Positions 1 through 11,203 are shown, counted from the first letter of the stretch. The stretch: 64,000 bases of DNA from Candidatus Multivoradales bacterium (GCA_965223855.1 CBDCXM010000009.1:1248001-1312000), one strand, 5' to 3'. The notes: generated by a model not told the origin, from the letters alone. Translations and numbers: made by a program.

Positions 1-1490
1 ACCCCGATCGACGAAGACGACCCTGACACGGCCGAAGCCCCATTTCGGGTTTTCGGCGACGACGATCTCGGGTTGCCCGTCGCTGTCGAGATCGGCGGCG
101 ATCGGCCGCCCGAAGCGGGCACCGATGCCGTCCTCGACGGCGACCCCGAGTCGTCGACGGTGACGGAGCCGGACTCTCGCGGCAGCTCTTCGCCGGGGAT
201 CACCCGCCAGGGCTTGCGGGCGACGAGCCTGCGACTGCGGGTTTCCTCGCCTGGATGGATGCGTAGCGCTCCGTCGCTGAGCAGCACCAGATCGGCCAGC
301 CCGTCGCCGTCGAAGTCGTCACCCAGGTGCCAGCCCTGCGCGGCTGCGTCGATCCGGGTCCTTCTCGGCTGTGCTTCGAAGCCGCGGCGCCCGTGGTTGA
401 GGAACGCCTCGGCCACGGTTTCGCCGCCCCCGAGGCCGTCGGTCTGCAGTACGACCAGGTCGTCATCGCCGTCGTCGTCGAGGTCGAGGACGCGTGGCTC
501 TACCGCCTGCCAGCGGCGGCTCGTCACCTGACGGTTCCACCACGGGCCGCTCCCCTGCTGAGTGCGATCGGAACGCAGGGCGAACAGGTGGAGCGTCTGG
601 CGCTCGAGGGGGCCGACTTCGTCGGCGGAGTTGGTGGCGACCAGTAGCACCGGGCGATCGTCGATCACGGTAAACCAGCTCCGTTGTACGACCGAGGGTG
701 TGGGGAGGTTGGACCACGCCTCGATCTCGACTCCGTCGTCGTGGAGCCGGCTCGCCAGTCTCCGGGGGCCGATCGCCAGTGGGCCGGCGGCGACGACCAG
801 ACGCCCTCCCTGCCGCAGGACCGCGACCGGAGGGCTGGTGCGGCGCAGTCCGAAGGCGTGGCGGGTGGCGTCGACCGGCAGCAGGAGAGTCCCGCCGGCG
901 CGAAGACTTCCGCCGGGGGTCGGCAGGAGCATGCGCAGAGCACCCACCTCCGGCAGAGCCAGCCGGGGTGGTCCGTCGAGTGGCAGGGCGGCTCCGAAAT
1001 GGATCGCCGCGCCGCGCCACAGTTCGGTGGGTGGTCCCTCTGAGGGGCTCCCCGGCAGCTGCAGAAGCCGGTCGCGAGTGCCGCCGATGAGTTCGCGCAC
1101 GCCGTCACCGTCTAGGTCGAGGGTGCGCAGCGCCGAGAGATCGGAGGGCAGTTCGAGATCGACTGCCTCCAACGTCTCCGCCTCCGGATCGAATCGGTAG
1201 AGATGATGGAAGGGCGGATCTTCGTCTCCCTCCAACTCGGCAGGCCGTTCGGGCGCCGCGAGCAGGAAGAGGACCCGCCGGCCGGCCCCTCCCGCCCCAC
1301 CCCCCTCGCACCAGTCGAGGAGGCGTCCCGGGACCGAGGCGATGAGAGTGGTGGCCCCTTCGGAGGCGATCGTCCGCACTCCCGTCGGCGGGTGGGTGAC
1401 GACCGGGTCGTAGTCGTCCTTCCCGTCGCCCCTGGCGGCGGCTGCCGACAGGAAGAGTGCTGCAGCCGCGATACCGGCGACTCGTCTCAT
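1..1490 (-). CDS. FG-GAP/VCBS-repeat secreted protein (3' end runs off the window; probable 1-bp indel near 144-147)
   Basis: Not in the ORF track. ATG at 1490 overlaps the upstream stop (ATGA). Signal peptide MRRVAGIAAAALFLSAAAARG; motifs DLDGDGVRELI, DLDDDGDDDLV, DFDGDGLADLV; DLDSDGQPEIV continues in a shifted frame. Confidence 0.8.
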   Translation of the reverse strand, partial: MRRVAGIAAAALFLSAAAARGDGKDDYDPVVTHPPTGVRTIASEGATTLIASVPGRLLDWCEGGGAGGAGRRVLFLLAAPERPAELEGDEDPPFHHLYRFDPEAETLEAVDLELPSDLSALRTLDLDGDGVRELIGGTRDRLLQLPGSPSEGPPTELWRGAAIHFGAALPLDGPPRLALPEVGALRMLLPTPGGSLRAGGTLLLPVDATRHAFGLRRTSPPVAVLRQGGRLVVAAGPLAIGPRRLASRLHDDGVEIEAWSNLPTPSVVQRSWFTVIDDRPVLLVATNSADEVGPLERQTLHLFALRSDRTQQGSGPWWNRQVTSRRWQAVEPRVLDLDDDGDDDLVVLQTDGLGGGETVAEAFLNHGRRGFEAQPRRTRIDAAAQGWHLGDDFDGDGLADLVLLSDGALRIHPGEETRSRRLVARKPWRVIPGEELPRESGSVTVDDSGSPSRTASVPASGGRSPPISTATGNPRSSSPKTRNGASAVSGSSSSIG

Positions 1491-3124
1491 CTTCGCTCGT
1501 CTCCGCTCAGGTAGATCTCGAGCCGGGCGGCAGCACTCTCGCCGCGACCCTCGCGCGGCAGCGGCTGGGTGACGGCGAGATCGTCGCGCCCGTCGCCGTC
1601 GAGGTCGCGGACGGCGACCAGCGCCAGGTCGCGCGGCGCGGCGAGAAGGGGAATCGTCAGATCGGGCGTAGAGGGGAAGCGGCAGCCGTCCCGGCCGAGA
1701 TGAACGGTGGCCGTCTCGCCACGTCCGATCTGCAGGAAGTCGCGCCGCCCGTCGCCGTCGAAATCGCCGCGAAACAGCGAGAGCTGACTCTGGCGGAAGT
1801 TCCTCAGGTCGAGACGGAAGACGCCCGAGAGGTCGAGCCCTTCGACCCGCTGGAAGGAACCGTTACCCTGCTGGCAGTGAACCTGGAAGTCGAGCCCGAT
1901 CTTGAGGGTGCGGGTGACGACGATCCGCAATGCCTGGAGCACGGAGAAGTCGAGCGTCACGGTCACGAGGTCCCGCCGCCTGTCACCATCCAGGTCTGTG
2001 AGGCTGCCCGACATGCCGATGTCGGACGAGCCGGCGAAGGCGTAGCCGGTCGCGTCGAAGGCGAGGCGCGGTTCGTCGTGGCGTCGCAGTCCGGGGCCGG
2101 CGCCGTGGACGCGGTACGAGGCGCGTGGGCGCCGGGCGGCTTCGAGCTCCTCTCGCATGCCGGCCTCGTCCGGCGGCTCGTGAGTCTCCTGAACGACATA
2201 CTCGGCCCTGCCGTCGCCGTCGAGATCGTCGAACAACACCACTCGGGGGCCGTCGGCATCGGGATCGACGGGCTGACGCTCACCGAGCGGACCGATCATG
2301 GGGCCGAACCGCGCCCCGAAGGCCGACCCCTCGTTGCGGGCGACGTGGAAGCGCCGCCAGCCGTGCGTCGGATGGGGGAACAGCAGGTCGGCCCTGCCGT
2401 CCCCGTCGATGTCGCGCACCTCGGGCAGCGAGAGGTCGGAGCGACGGGCGGTGGCGACGTCGTCGAAGAGGGGCCGCTCGAAGGTCGCCTCGGCGACCGG
2501 CGCCAGTCCTTCGGAAGTCCCTCGGTGAAGGGCCCAGCCGTCGTCGAGCGGCAGGAGCGCATCCGGCCACGGGTCGTCGTCGAGCCGGTGAGTCCAGGAG
2601 AGTTCCGGCAGGAAGGTCGAGCTGCCGGCGAGGATCGGCGAGGCCTCGACGACGGTGCGCCAACGAAACTGCCGCGACGGACCCTCGACGTTCGCTTCCA
2701 GCAGGGCGAAGCCGTCGTCGGTCAGCGCCAGCAGCGGGCTCGCCGGGTGATCCCACCCCTCCAGCGTGTGGATCGCCGTCGTCATCTCCAGCGGTTCGGC
2801 CAGGGGTGCCCACTTGCCGTCATCGTGGTCGAAGAGCCACAGCTCGCGACGGTCGAGCAGCGCCGGGACGATCGTCAGCACCTCGACCAGCCCTTCGACC
2901 TCGTCGATCTCGCTCGTCTCCTCGACCGCGATCTCGTCCCACGTCGAGTAGACGACGACGATCGCCAGCTCCGGCGCCGGGTCGCCGTCGAGCTCGACCG
3001 GAGTGATCTGAGCGGGCAACCCCGGGAGGTCGATGCTTGTCGCCCGATGCTCGGCCCCACAGGGAGGCGACAGGCCGGCACAGAGGACGAAGAGGGCGGC
3101 AGAAGCTGTGGGAAGCGACTTCAT
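1487..3124 (-). CDS. FG-GAP/VCBS-repeat secreted protein
   Basis: Start MKSLPTASAALFVLCAG (signal peptide); multiple DxDGDGRxD Ca-binding repeats. Confidence 0.85.
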   Translation of the reverse strand: MKSLPTASAALFVLCAGLSPPCGAEHRATSIDLPGLPAQITPVELDGDPAPELAIVVVYSTWDEIAVEETSEIDEVEGLVEVLTIVPALLDRRELWLFDHDDGKWAPLAEPLEMTTAIHTLEGWDHPASPLLALTDDGFALLEANVEGPSRQFRWRTVVEASPILAGSSTFLPELSWTHRLDDDPWPDALLPLDDGWALHRGTSEGLAPVAEATFERPLFDDVATARRSDLSLPEVRDIDGDGRADLLFPHPTHGWRRFHVARNEGSAFGARFGPMIGPLGERQPVDPDADGPRVVLFDDLDGDGRAEYVVQETHEPPDEAGMREELEAARRPRASYRVHGAGPGLRRHDEPRLAFDATGYAFAGSSDIGMSGSLTDLDGDRRRDLVTVTLDFSVLQALRIVVTRTLKIGLDFQVHCQQGNGSFQRVEGLDLSGVFRLDLRNFRQSQLSLFRGDFDGDGRRDFLQIGRGETATVHLGRDGCRFPSTPDLTIPLLAAPRDLALVAVRDLDGDGRDDLAVTQPLPREGRGESAAARLEIYLSGDERR

Positions 3125-3229
3125 GAAGTGCCGTGCGCGGGGGCTCGCTCGCTCCGGTGCGCTGCTACTGTAGCGATTCGCGGCCGCCGGGAATTCCCGC
3201 TCCGGGCGCGTCGGCATTCGTTCCCCGTG

Positions 3230-4195
3230 ATGATCGAAGACGTCCTCTCAGCCGCCGAGCGCCTGCATGGCGTCGCTCACCGCACGCCGGTCGCCACCAG
3301 CCGCATCCTGGACGAACGGGTCGGCGCGACGGTGCTGCTCAAGTGCGAGAACCTGCAGCGCGTCGGCGCCTTCAAGTTCCGGGGTGCGTACAACGCCATC
3401 CGGCAGCTCTCCGACGAGGAGCGTCGTGCCGGCGTCCTCGCCTATTCCTCCGGCAATCACGCGCAGGGGGTGGCGCTCGCGGCGAAGCTGCTCGAGACAC
3501 CGGCGACGATCGTCATGCCGGCCGACGCCCCGCGCACCAAGCTCGCCGCGACCCGCGGCTACGGTGCGCGGGTGGTCGAGTACGACCGCGAGCAGACGAC
3601 CCGCCGCGAGGTGGCGCAGCGGATCCGGGAGGGCACCGATCTGACCCTCATCCCGCCGTTCGATCATCCGCACATCGTCGCCGGGCAGGGGACCGCCGCG
3701 CTCGAGCTCATCGAGGAGGTCGGCGAGCTCGACCTGCTGCTGACCCCGGTCGGCGGCGGCGGGCTGCTCGCCGGCAGCGCCGTCGCGGCCCGTCACGCCA
3801 GTGCGGGGGCGAAGGTCGTCGGCGTGGAGCCGGAGCTGGCGGACGATGCCGCACGCTCGTTCGCCACCGGCACGCTCCAGTACGTGCGCAACCCGCCGAC
3901 GATCGCCGACGGCACGCGCACCGAGTCGCTCGGCGAACTCACCTTCGCGCTGATCCGCGAGCACGTCGACGACATCGTCACCGTCTCCGAGGAGGCGATC
4001 TGCGACGCCGTGAGGTTTCTCTTCACCCATCTCAAGCTGGTCGTCGAGCCGTCCGGGGCGTTGGGAGTTGCGGCGCTCCTGACCGGTGCCGTAGAGGCCG
4101 GGGGCAGGGTCGGCGTCGTGCTCAGCGGGGGCAACGTCGACGGCGAGGTGATGGCGGCGATCCTTCGCGGCGAACCACCGTCGTCCGCGGTGTAA
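3230..4195 (+). CDS. PLP-dependent threonine/serine dehydratase family (threo-3-hydroxy-aspartate ammonia-lyase/serine racemase-like)
   Basis: KCENLQRVGAFKFRGA PLP-lysine motif, SSGNHAQG, PVGGGGL, SGGNVD. This is the true C-terminal part of ORF 1457..4195. Confidence 0.9.
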   Translation: MIEDVLSAAERLHGVAHRTPVATSRILDERVGATVLLKCENLQRVGAFKFRGAYNAIRQLSDEERRAGVLAYSSGNHAQGVALAAKLLETPATIVMPADAPRTKLAATRGYGARVVEYDREQTTRREVAQRIREGTDLTLIPPFDHPHIVAGQGTAALELIEEVGELDLLLTPVGGGGLLAGSAVAARHASAGAKVVGVEPELADDAARSFATGTLQYVRNPPTIADGTRTESLGELTFALIREHVDDIVTVSEEAICDAVRFLFTHLKLVVEPSGALGVAALLTGAVEAGGRVGVVLSGGNVDGEVMAAILRGEPPSSAV

Positions 4196-4204
4196 CTTAG
4201 GCCC

Positions 4205-4564
4205 GTGGACACGATCTCCTTCGACGCCTTCTGGTCTTGGCTGCAGGGCCACGTCAACTGTCTCGTGCGCGTGGCGAGCGAGGAGGCGGTGCTCTTCGAC
4301 GACGACGATCTTCATTGGTTCATCGGCCCGCTCGACGGCACCCAGGTGGTGCAGGCGATCCGCGGCAAGCGGTTGATGGCCGAACTGGTGATCGACCCCG
4401 AGCGGGTGACCTACGTGCAGGCGGTGGGAGAGGAGCGCAGCGGCGAATATCTGTTCGAGGCGATCAGCGAGACGGAGACCGATCGGCGTGCCGCCTACAC
4501 GTTCGTGCTCGTCCACAATCTCGACAGCGAGGCGGACCCGGGACACAGCCACGGCGTCCACTGA
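4205..4564 (+). CDS. hypothetical protein, 119 aa
   Basis: Protein-like composition and GC3 bias; TAACTT lies 6 nt before the GTG. Confidence 0.75.
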   Translation: MDTISFDAFWSWLQGHVNCLVRVASEEAVLFDDDDLHWFIGPLDGTQVVQAIRGKRLMAELVIDPERVTYVQAVGEERSGEYLFEAISETETDRRAAYTFVLVHNLDSEADPGHSHGVH

Positions 4565-4616
4565 GCCGACACCGACAAACAAGCCGGGCAGGACCGACGG
4601 GGGAGGACTCGAGCCG

Positions 4617-5870
4617 ATGAAGACCTCACGAAGAAGGCTGCTCCAGGGAGCGGGCGGTGCGGCCCTCGCCGCTCAGCTCGGCGCCATCCGTCGCGTCGCG
4701 GCCGCCACCGTGCCATCGCCCTCCGGCGGACGGGCGGACTACCTGCTCGACGACGGGGTCGCCTACCTCAATCACGCCTCCATCGGGACGGTGCCGCGGG
4801 TGGTTCACGCCGCCCATGTCGGCTATCTCGAGCTGTGCGAGAGCAATCCGTGGCTCTACATGTGGTCGGACCCGTGGCGCGAGCCGGTCGATGAGGTGCG
4901 GACCCAGGTCGGCAACCTGCTCGGCTGCGCCACCGAAGAGGTGGCTCTGGTCCACAACACCACCGAGTTCTTCAACACGCTGGCTCAGGGGCTGCCGATC
5001 GGGCCGGGAGACGAGGTGCTTTTCAGCTCCCTCAACCACAGCGGAGCCAGTGTCTGCTGGGAGAATCAGGCACCGGCGCGCGGCTTCTCGGTCCGGCGCT
5101 TCGACTGGCCGCTCGATCGGGTCCCGGAGATGACGGCCGACGAGGTGGTCGAGCTCCACGCCGGGCAGATCTCATCGGCGACGGCGGTACTCGTGCTGCC
5201 GCACGTCGACAACCGGGTCGGACTGCGGCACCCGGTACGCCGCCTCGCCGCTCTCGCCCGTGAGCGTGGAGTGCGCTGGGTGCTGATCGACGGCGCTCAG
5301 AGCGTGAACGTGCTGCCGGTCGATGTGGGACAACTCGACGTCGACGCCTACGTCACCAGTGCTCACAAGTGGACGCAGTCTCCCAAGGGTCTCGGTTTCG
5401 CCTACGTGCGGCGGGAGCGGCAGGGGGAGATCCGGCCGATGTGGGTCACCTGGGGGCAGCGGCTGTGGGGGAGCGACGCCCGCCGTTTCGAGGACTACGG
5501 CACTCGCGCGCTGCCTGCGGTGATCGCGCTCGGCGACGCTCTGGCATTCCAGGCCCGTCTCGAACCGTCCGAGAGGGAAGCGCGCCATCGCGGGCTGTGG
5601 GCGACGCTGCGCAAACGGGCCGCCGAGGTCCCGCAACTGCGCTGGCGCTCGCCTTCGAGCTGGGATCTGGCAGCCGGGCTTTCGGCGGTGTCGGTCGAGG
5701 GGCGCTCGAGCGCCGAGGTCGGACGCGCGCTCTTCGAGGAGCACGGCATCGTCATGCGAGCCTTCTCCGAGCCCGGCTTCGACGCTTTGCGGATCTCCCC
5801 CAACCTGATGAACTCGGCGGACGATCTGGAACGATGGGCGGGCCTGGCGGTTTCGGACCGCCGAGTCTGA
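4617..5870 (+). CDS. aminotransferase class V / isopenicillin N epimerase-like PLP enzyme with Tat signal
   Basis: GGAGG RBS; MKTSRRRLLQG twin-arginine signal; YLNHASIG, DGAQS and SAHKW PLP motifs. Confidence 0.85.
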   Translation: MKTSRRRLLQGAGGAALAAQLGAIRRVAAATVPSPSGGRADYLLDDGVAYLNHASIGTVPRVVHAAHVGYLELCESNPWLYMWSDPWREPVDEVRTQVGNLLGCATEEVALVHNTTEFFNTLAQGLPIGPGDEVLFSSLNHSGASVCWENQAPARGFSVRRFDWPLDRVPEMTADEVVELHAGQISSATAVLVLPHVDNRVGLRHPVRRLAALARERGVRWVLIDGAQSVNVLPVDVGQLDVDAYVTSAHKWTQSPKGLGFAYVRRERQGEIRPMWVTWGQRLWGSDARRFEDYGTRALPAVIALGDALAFQARLEPSEREARHRGLWATLRKRAAEVPQLRWRSPSSWDLAAGLSAVSVEGRSSAEVGRALFEEHGIVMRAFSEPGFDALRISPNLMNSADDLERWAGLAVSDRRV

Positions 5871-5925
5871 GTGGCATCGGTGGCTCCATCCGCGGAGCGA
5901 CCGGGTCTAACCTGAGGAGAGTGGG

Positions 5926-6885
<960 letters not shown>

Positions 6886-6920
6886 GCCGACGACGACGGA
6901 GCCGGTCAGGCTGGAGCCGC

Positions 6921-7817
6921 ATGATCGCGAAGCGCGACAAGCGACCGACCGCCGACGCGGGCGACCTGCTCGCCCGGGTGCGTGCGCTGGAGCTGGCCGC
7001 ACGCCGCAATGCCGCCGGTCGGCTGGAGGGGCGTTGGGCGACCTCGATCAAGGGGCGCGGTCTGCTGTTCGAGGAACCGCGGCGCTATGTCCCCGGGGAC
7101 TCGGTGCGCCGAATCGACTGGAACATTACCGCCCGCGTCGCCGAGCCCCACGTCCGGGTGCATCGGGAGGAGAGGCAACGGCGGGTGCTGCTGCTCGTCG
7201 ACGTATCGCCGTCGATGCACTTCGGGACCCGCCGTTGCACCAAGCTCGAGCTGGCGGTGGAGCTGGCGGCGACGCTCGCGGTGTCGGCGGTCGAGGCGGG
7301 TGACCGGGTCGGCTACGTCACCTTCGCCGATCGCGTGCTTTCCGACAGCCGGCCGCGGGGCGGGCGGGCACAGCTCTTTCGCACGCTGCGGGCGCTCCTC
7401 GACGCCACCGGCGAGTGGCGCCGCACGGTCGAGCTGTCCGATCCACGCGCCGCGATTCATCGCGCCGAGAGCTACGGCGGCGGGGCGATGTCGATCTTCG
7501 TTCTCTCCGATTTCCTCGACGAGGACATCGCCCGCGATCTCGCCTATCTGCGGCCGCGTCACGAGGTCTCCCTGCTGGGACTGTTCGATCCGCTCGAACT
7601 CGAGCTGCCGGCGGCGCCTCGCCTTCTGACGCGCGCCGCCGAAGGCGGGCGGAGGGTGGTGCAGAGGTCGGTGCAGAGAGCCCGGACGACGGAGCTGGCC
7701 CGCCATCACGAAGCGGTCCGCCTCTCGGCCGCCCGTCGCGGCATCGCCTGGGTCACCGCTTCCACCGCGGAATCTGTCGACCAGGTGATGCTTCGGCTGC
7801 TGAGGGTCCCGCGATGA
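6921..7817 (+). CDS. DUF58 domain protein
   Basis: GRGLLFEEPRRYVPGDSVRRIDWNITAR, DVSPSM; directly after moxR. Confidence 0.9.
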   Translation: MIAKRDKRPTADAGDLLARVRALELAARRNAAGRLEGRWATSIKGRGLLFEEPRRYVPGDSVRRIDWNITARVAEPHVRVHREERQRRVLLLVDVSPSMHFGTRRCTKLELAVELAATLAVSAVEAGDRVGYVTFADRVLSDSRPRGGRAQLFRTLRALLDATGEWRRTVELSDPRAAIHRAESYGGGAMSIFVLSDFLDEDIARDLAYLRPRHEVSLLGLFDPLELELPAAPRLLTRAAEGGRRVVQRSVQRARTTELARHHEAVRLSAARRGIAWVTASTAESVDQVMLRLLRVPR

Positions 7818-8299
7818 TCTCCTGGCCCGAGCTGGCGGTGGAGACCCGGGAGCCTCTGCGTCTGATCGAGCCGTTCCCGTGGGGACGGGTCGTCGTGCTG
7901 ACGGTGCTCACCGGGACGGTGCTCTGGCTGGCCGGGAGGGTGGTCCTGCGCTGGCTGAGGGCGCCCCGGACGGGAAAGGTGGAGGTGCCCGTAGCGCCGC
8001 TCGACCCGTTCGAGGAGGCTCTGATCCGTCTCAGGAAGCGCACCCGGGAGAGCCTCGACTATCGCCGCGGCTGCCACGAGCTCGCGCGCCTGGTGCGCGA
8101 GGACTACGCCGCCCGCCGCGGCGGCCAGGTCGAAACCTGGACCGCAGCGGAGTCTGTGAGGATGCATGCCGACGACGCCGGCGCGGTCTTGCTGCAGCAG
8201 ATCGCGGGTACCCGTTTCGGCCGCCGTCCGCCGGTCGCGGCGACGTTCGATGCGCTGTGCGAGCTGGCGCTCGAGACCTGGCAGGCTTTGCGATCGTGA
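7814..8299 (+). CDS. single-TM membrane protein of the MoxR/Bat operon
   Basis: ATGA overlap with DUF58; N-terminal TM segment; usual position between DUF58 and BatA. Confidence 0.7.
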   Translation: MISWPELAVETREPLRLIEPFPWGRVVVLTVLTGTVLWLAGRVVLRWLRAPRTGKVEVPVAPLDPFEEALIRLRKRTRESLDYRRGCHELARLVREDYAARRGGQVETWTAAESVRMHADDAGAVLLQQIAGTRFGRRPPVAATFDALCELALETWQALRS

Positions 8300-8309
8300 G
8301 GCGGAAGTC

Positions 8310-9296
8310 GTGATCGAGGGCTTCGGTCTCGAGCGTCCGGAGGCTCTTCTGGTACTGCTCGCCGTGCCGCTGGCGCTCTTCCAGCGGGTAAGGCTCGATC
8401 GCAGAGAGGACGTGCCGATGAGCCGACTGGCGGTCTTCGGCGGCGGGGTCCGGGGGCTGCGACGGCTGCAGAGACTGGCGCTCGTGCTGACGGCAGTGAT
8501 GCTGGTACTGGGTCTCGCCGGGCCGTACCGGTCGGCGGAGGTGGAGCTCTACGACGAGCCGGGGATCGACATCGCCCTCGTCCTCGACGTGTCGCTGAGC
8601 ATGCTGGCGACCGACTTCGAGCCCGACCGCCTGACGGCGTTGCGCCGCATCGCCGACGACCTTCTGCGCCAACGCAGCGCCGACCGCATTGCCCTCGTGA
8701 TCTTCGCCAAGGACACCTTCGTCCAGTCACCTTTGACGAACGACGACTTCATCCTCCGCGAGCTGCTCGAGGCGGTGACCGTGGACACGGTCGATCAGCG
8801 GCTCAGCGGTGGCACCGCGATCGGTGACGCCCTGCTCGTGGCGACCGATCAGTTGGCGGCCGCGAAGATCGAGGGGCGGGACCAGTCGATGCTGCTGCTG
8901 ACCGACGGCGAGAGCAACGAGGGGATCGACCCGCTGCTGGCGGCGCGCCATGTGGGGGCCAACGACATCCGCCTTTCGATCGTCGGCATCGGCGGCCTCG
9001 ATCCGATACCGGTCTTCCACGAGGGGGAGCCGGTCGGCAACGGACTGATCTCGGCGCTCGACGAGGAGGCGCTGCGCGACATCGCCACGGCGGCAGGGGG
9101 GAGCTACTACCGCGCCGCGGATACCCCCGAGCTCGAGGGGATCTTCGACGAGCTCGAGCGATTGCAGGCGCGCCCGCTCGAGACCCGCCGCTTCGAGGCG
9201 CGCGCGCCGCTCGCTCCACTGGCGGCGCTGGCGGCGTTCGCCCTCTTTCTGCTCTATGCCGGCGCGACGCACGCCGTCAGGAGGCCGCTGCGGTGA
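8310..9296 (+). CDS. BatA-like VWA domain membrane protein
   Basis: DVSLSM MIDAS motif, GTAIGDAL, LLTDGESN; N- and C-terminal TM segments. Confidence 0.88.
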   Translation: MIEGFGLERPEALLVLLAVPLALFQRVRLDRREDVPMSRLAVFGGGVRGLRRLQRLALVLTAVMLVLGLAGPYRSAEVELYDEPGIDIALVLDVSLSMLATDFEPDRLTALRRIADDLLRQRSADRIALVIFAKDTFVQSPLTNDDFILRELLEAVTVDTVDQRLSGGTAIGDALLVATDQLAAAKIEGRDQSMLLLTDGESNEGIDPLLAARHVGANDIRLSIVGIGGLDPIPVFHEGEPVGNGLISALDEEALRDIATAAGGSYYRAADTPELEGIFDELERLQARPLETRRFEARAPLAPLAALAAFALFLLYAGATHAVRRPLR

Positions 9297-11203
9297 GCTG
9301 GAGCGCGCCCTACTGGCTCACCCTGCTGCTCCCCTTCGGGGTTGCGTTCCTCGCGGCCGCGCGAACGCAGATGCGCTCCTGGGACGAGATCGAGGAGCGG
9401 GTTTCGCCCGACTTCCGGAGTGCCTTCACCCGGCACGATCGCGGCAGTCTCCGGTTCCACCTCGGCTGGTGGTTCCTGATCGGCCTCGTGCTCGTGCTCG
9501 CCGCGTCGGGACCTGCGAGCGAGGGGGTGGAAGGGCACACGGGCGCCGGTCGGGTACTGCTGCTGGTCGACGGGTCCGCGAGCATGTCGGCGGGCGACGG
9601 CGAGCTCTGGCCCGGCCGCACGGTCGAGGAGGACCGTCGGGTGCGGCGACTCGACGTCGCTCGCTGGCTGTCGCGCGATCTCGTCCGTGCGCTGCCCGAG
9701 GCACGCTTCGCCGTCGCCAGCTTCAGCGGCAAGCCGACGCTGCACGTCCCGATGACCGACCGGCTCGACCACATCGACAACGCTTTGCGCACCCTCGACG
9801 GTCACAACTACTACAAGGCGACGGGGTCGAGCCTGGCGACCGCCCTGGGAGAGGCGTTCCACTTCGTGTCGCCGCAGCAACCGGGGCTGCAGGTGGTGTT
9901 GATCGGCGACGGCGAGCTGCCGTTCGAGGAGGACTACGAGGACGTCGTCGAGGCGCTCGCGCAACAGAACATCGCCGTTCACGGCGTGACCATCGGCACG
10001 ACCGAAGGGGTAGGCCGGTTGATCTACGACTTCCGCGACATCGTCGCTCGCGTCGAGAGCCCGCGGGTGCTGCGGGAGTACACGACTCGCCGGGTCGACG
10101 AGCACTACCGGGAGATCGCCCGGGCGACAGGAGGCTCCTTTCATGTCGCCGAGCCAGAAGTGCCGGCGGCCCTGGCGGACGCCCTGCGCGAGTACGAGTC
10201 GCCACCGTCCCAAGTGGAGCGCGAAGCGGCGCGTGGTGATCTGGCGGGCCCGCTGTGCGGCATCGCGCTGCTGCTTCTCCTCGCCGAACCGACCTTCCGC
10301 CGCTCGGGCCGTCCGCGGCCGTTCCGTTTCGACCTCGATCGGATCGGCCGGAGACCGGCCGGCCGGGGGGCGGTCGTCCTGCTGGCGCTTCTCTGCGGCA
10401 GCTGCGCGAAGACGCCGTTGGAGCTGGCGCATCGCGACAACGAGCAGGGGATCGCGCTCGACCGCATCGGCTCCCATCGCGCCGCGCGCCGCGCCTATGA
10501 GCGCAGCGCCGGTTTCGGCGTGCAGCCCGAAGTGCCGACCGCCAACCTGGGGCGCTCGCTGCTACTGGCGGAAGATCACGCCGAGGCGCGCGACATCCTG
10601 CAGGCGGCGCTCGAGCTCGACCCCACGCTCGCCGACGCCTACTTCCACGACGGAGTGGCGCTCTACCTCCTCGGACTCGAAGAGGTCGATCCCGAAGGGT
10701 GCGACCTCGAACGGTCGAAGGAGCTTTGGGAGGCGTCGCGCGAGAGATTCCTCGACGTGCTCGAACTCGACCTCGACGATCCCGATCTCGATCGCGAGAC
10801 GCACGCGAATCTGCGCGTCGTCGAGGCGGCGTTGGCGCAGGTCGAACAGCTCGAGGCCGATCCGCCCCCGGCGTGCAGAGGCGAGGGGGGCGGGGACTCG
10901 GGGGACGCCGGCGGCGGCGGAGGTGCTGGAGGTGGCGGCGGCGGTGGAGGTGGTGGGGGAGGCGGCGGCGGTGGAGGTGGAGGTGGAGGAGGAGGCGGTG
11001 GAGGCGGTGGAGGAGGTGGCGGCGGCGGTTCTCCCCCTCCGCCCCCTCAGCCACCCGACGAGACCGAGCAGGAGACGATCGAGCAGGCGATGCAACGGAT
11101 CGCCCGTCAGGGCTTCGAGGCGGAGAAGTACCATAGGCGAACGCTCCCGGAACAGTTCCCGCGCTCCGCCTGGCAGGACCCCGATCCCGAGCTGTGGTGG
11201 TGA
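9293..11203 (+). CDS. BatB/BatC-like VWA + TPR fusion protein with poly-Gly linker
   Basis: DGSASM MIDAS motif, IGDGE, TPR-like helices, poly-Gly tract, acidic tail ending in WW. Confidence 0.8.
   Translation: MSWSAPYWLTLLLPFGVAFLAAARTQMRSWDEIEERVSPDFRSAFTRHDRGSLRFHLGWWFLIGLVLVLAASGPASEGVEGHTGAGRVLLLVDGSASMSAGDGELWPGRTVEEDRRVRRLDVARWLSRDLVRALPEARFAVASFSGKPTLHVPMTDRLDHIDNALRTLDGHNYYKATGSSLATALGEAFHFVSPQQPGLQVVLIGDGELPFEEDYEDVVEALAQQNIAVHGVTIGTTEGVGRLIYDFRDIVARVESPRVLREYTTRRVDEHYREIARATGGSFHVAEPEVPAALADALREYESPPSQVEREAARGDLAGPLCGIALLLLLAEPTFRRSGRPRPFRFDLDRIGRRPAGRGAVVLLALLCGSCAKTPLELAHRDNEQGIALDRIGSHRAARRAYERSAGFGVQPEVPTANLGRSLLLAEDHAEARDILQAALELDPTLADAYFHDGVALYLLGLEEVDPEGCDLERSKELWEASRERFLDVLELDLDDPDLDRETHANLRVVEAALAQVEQLEADPPPACRGEGGGDSGDAGGGGGAGGGGGGGGGGGGGGGGGGGGGGGGGGGGGGGGGGSPPPPPQPPDETEQETIEQAMQRIARQGFEAEKYHRRTLPEQFPRSAWQDPDPELWW
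10910..11029 (+). repeat. GGN codon repeat encoding G5-A-G34
   Basis: 39 of 40 consecutive codons are Gly, with mixed GGC/GGT/GGA/GGG usage. Confidence 0.9.

Noticed and set aside
1457-3229. 912-aa ORF suggesting a long N-terminal fusion to the threonine dehydratase
   Set aside because: The extension is the antisense shadow of the FG-GAP gene; the real protein starts at about 3227-3230.
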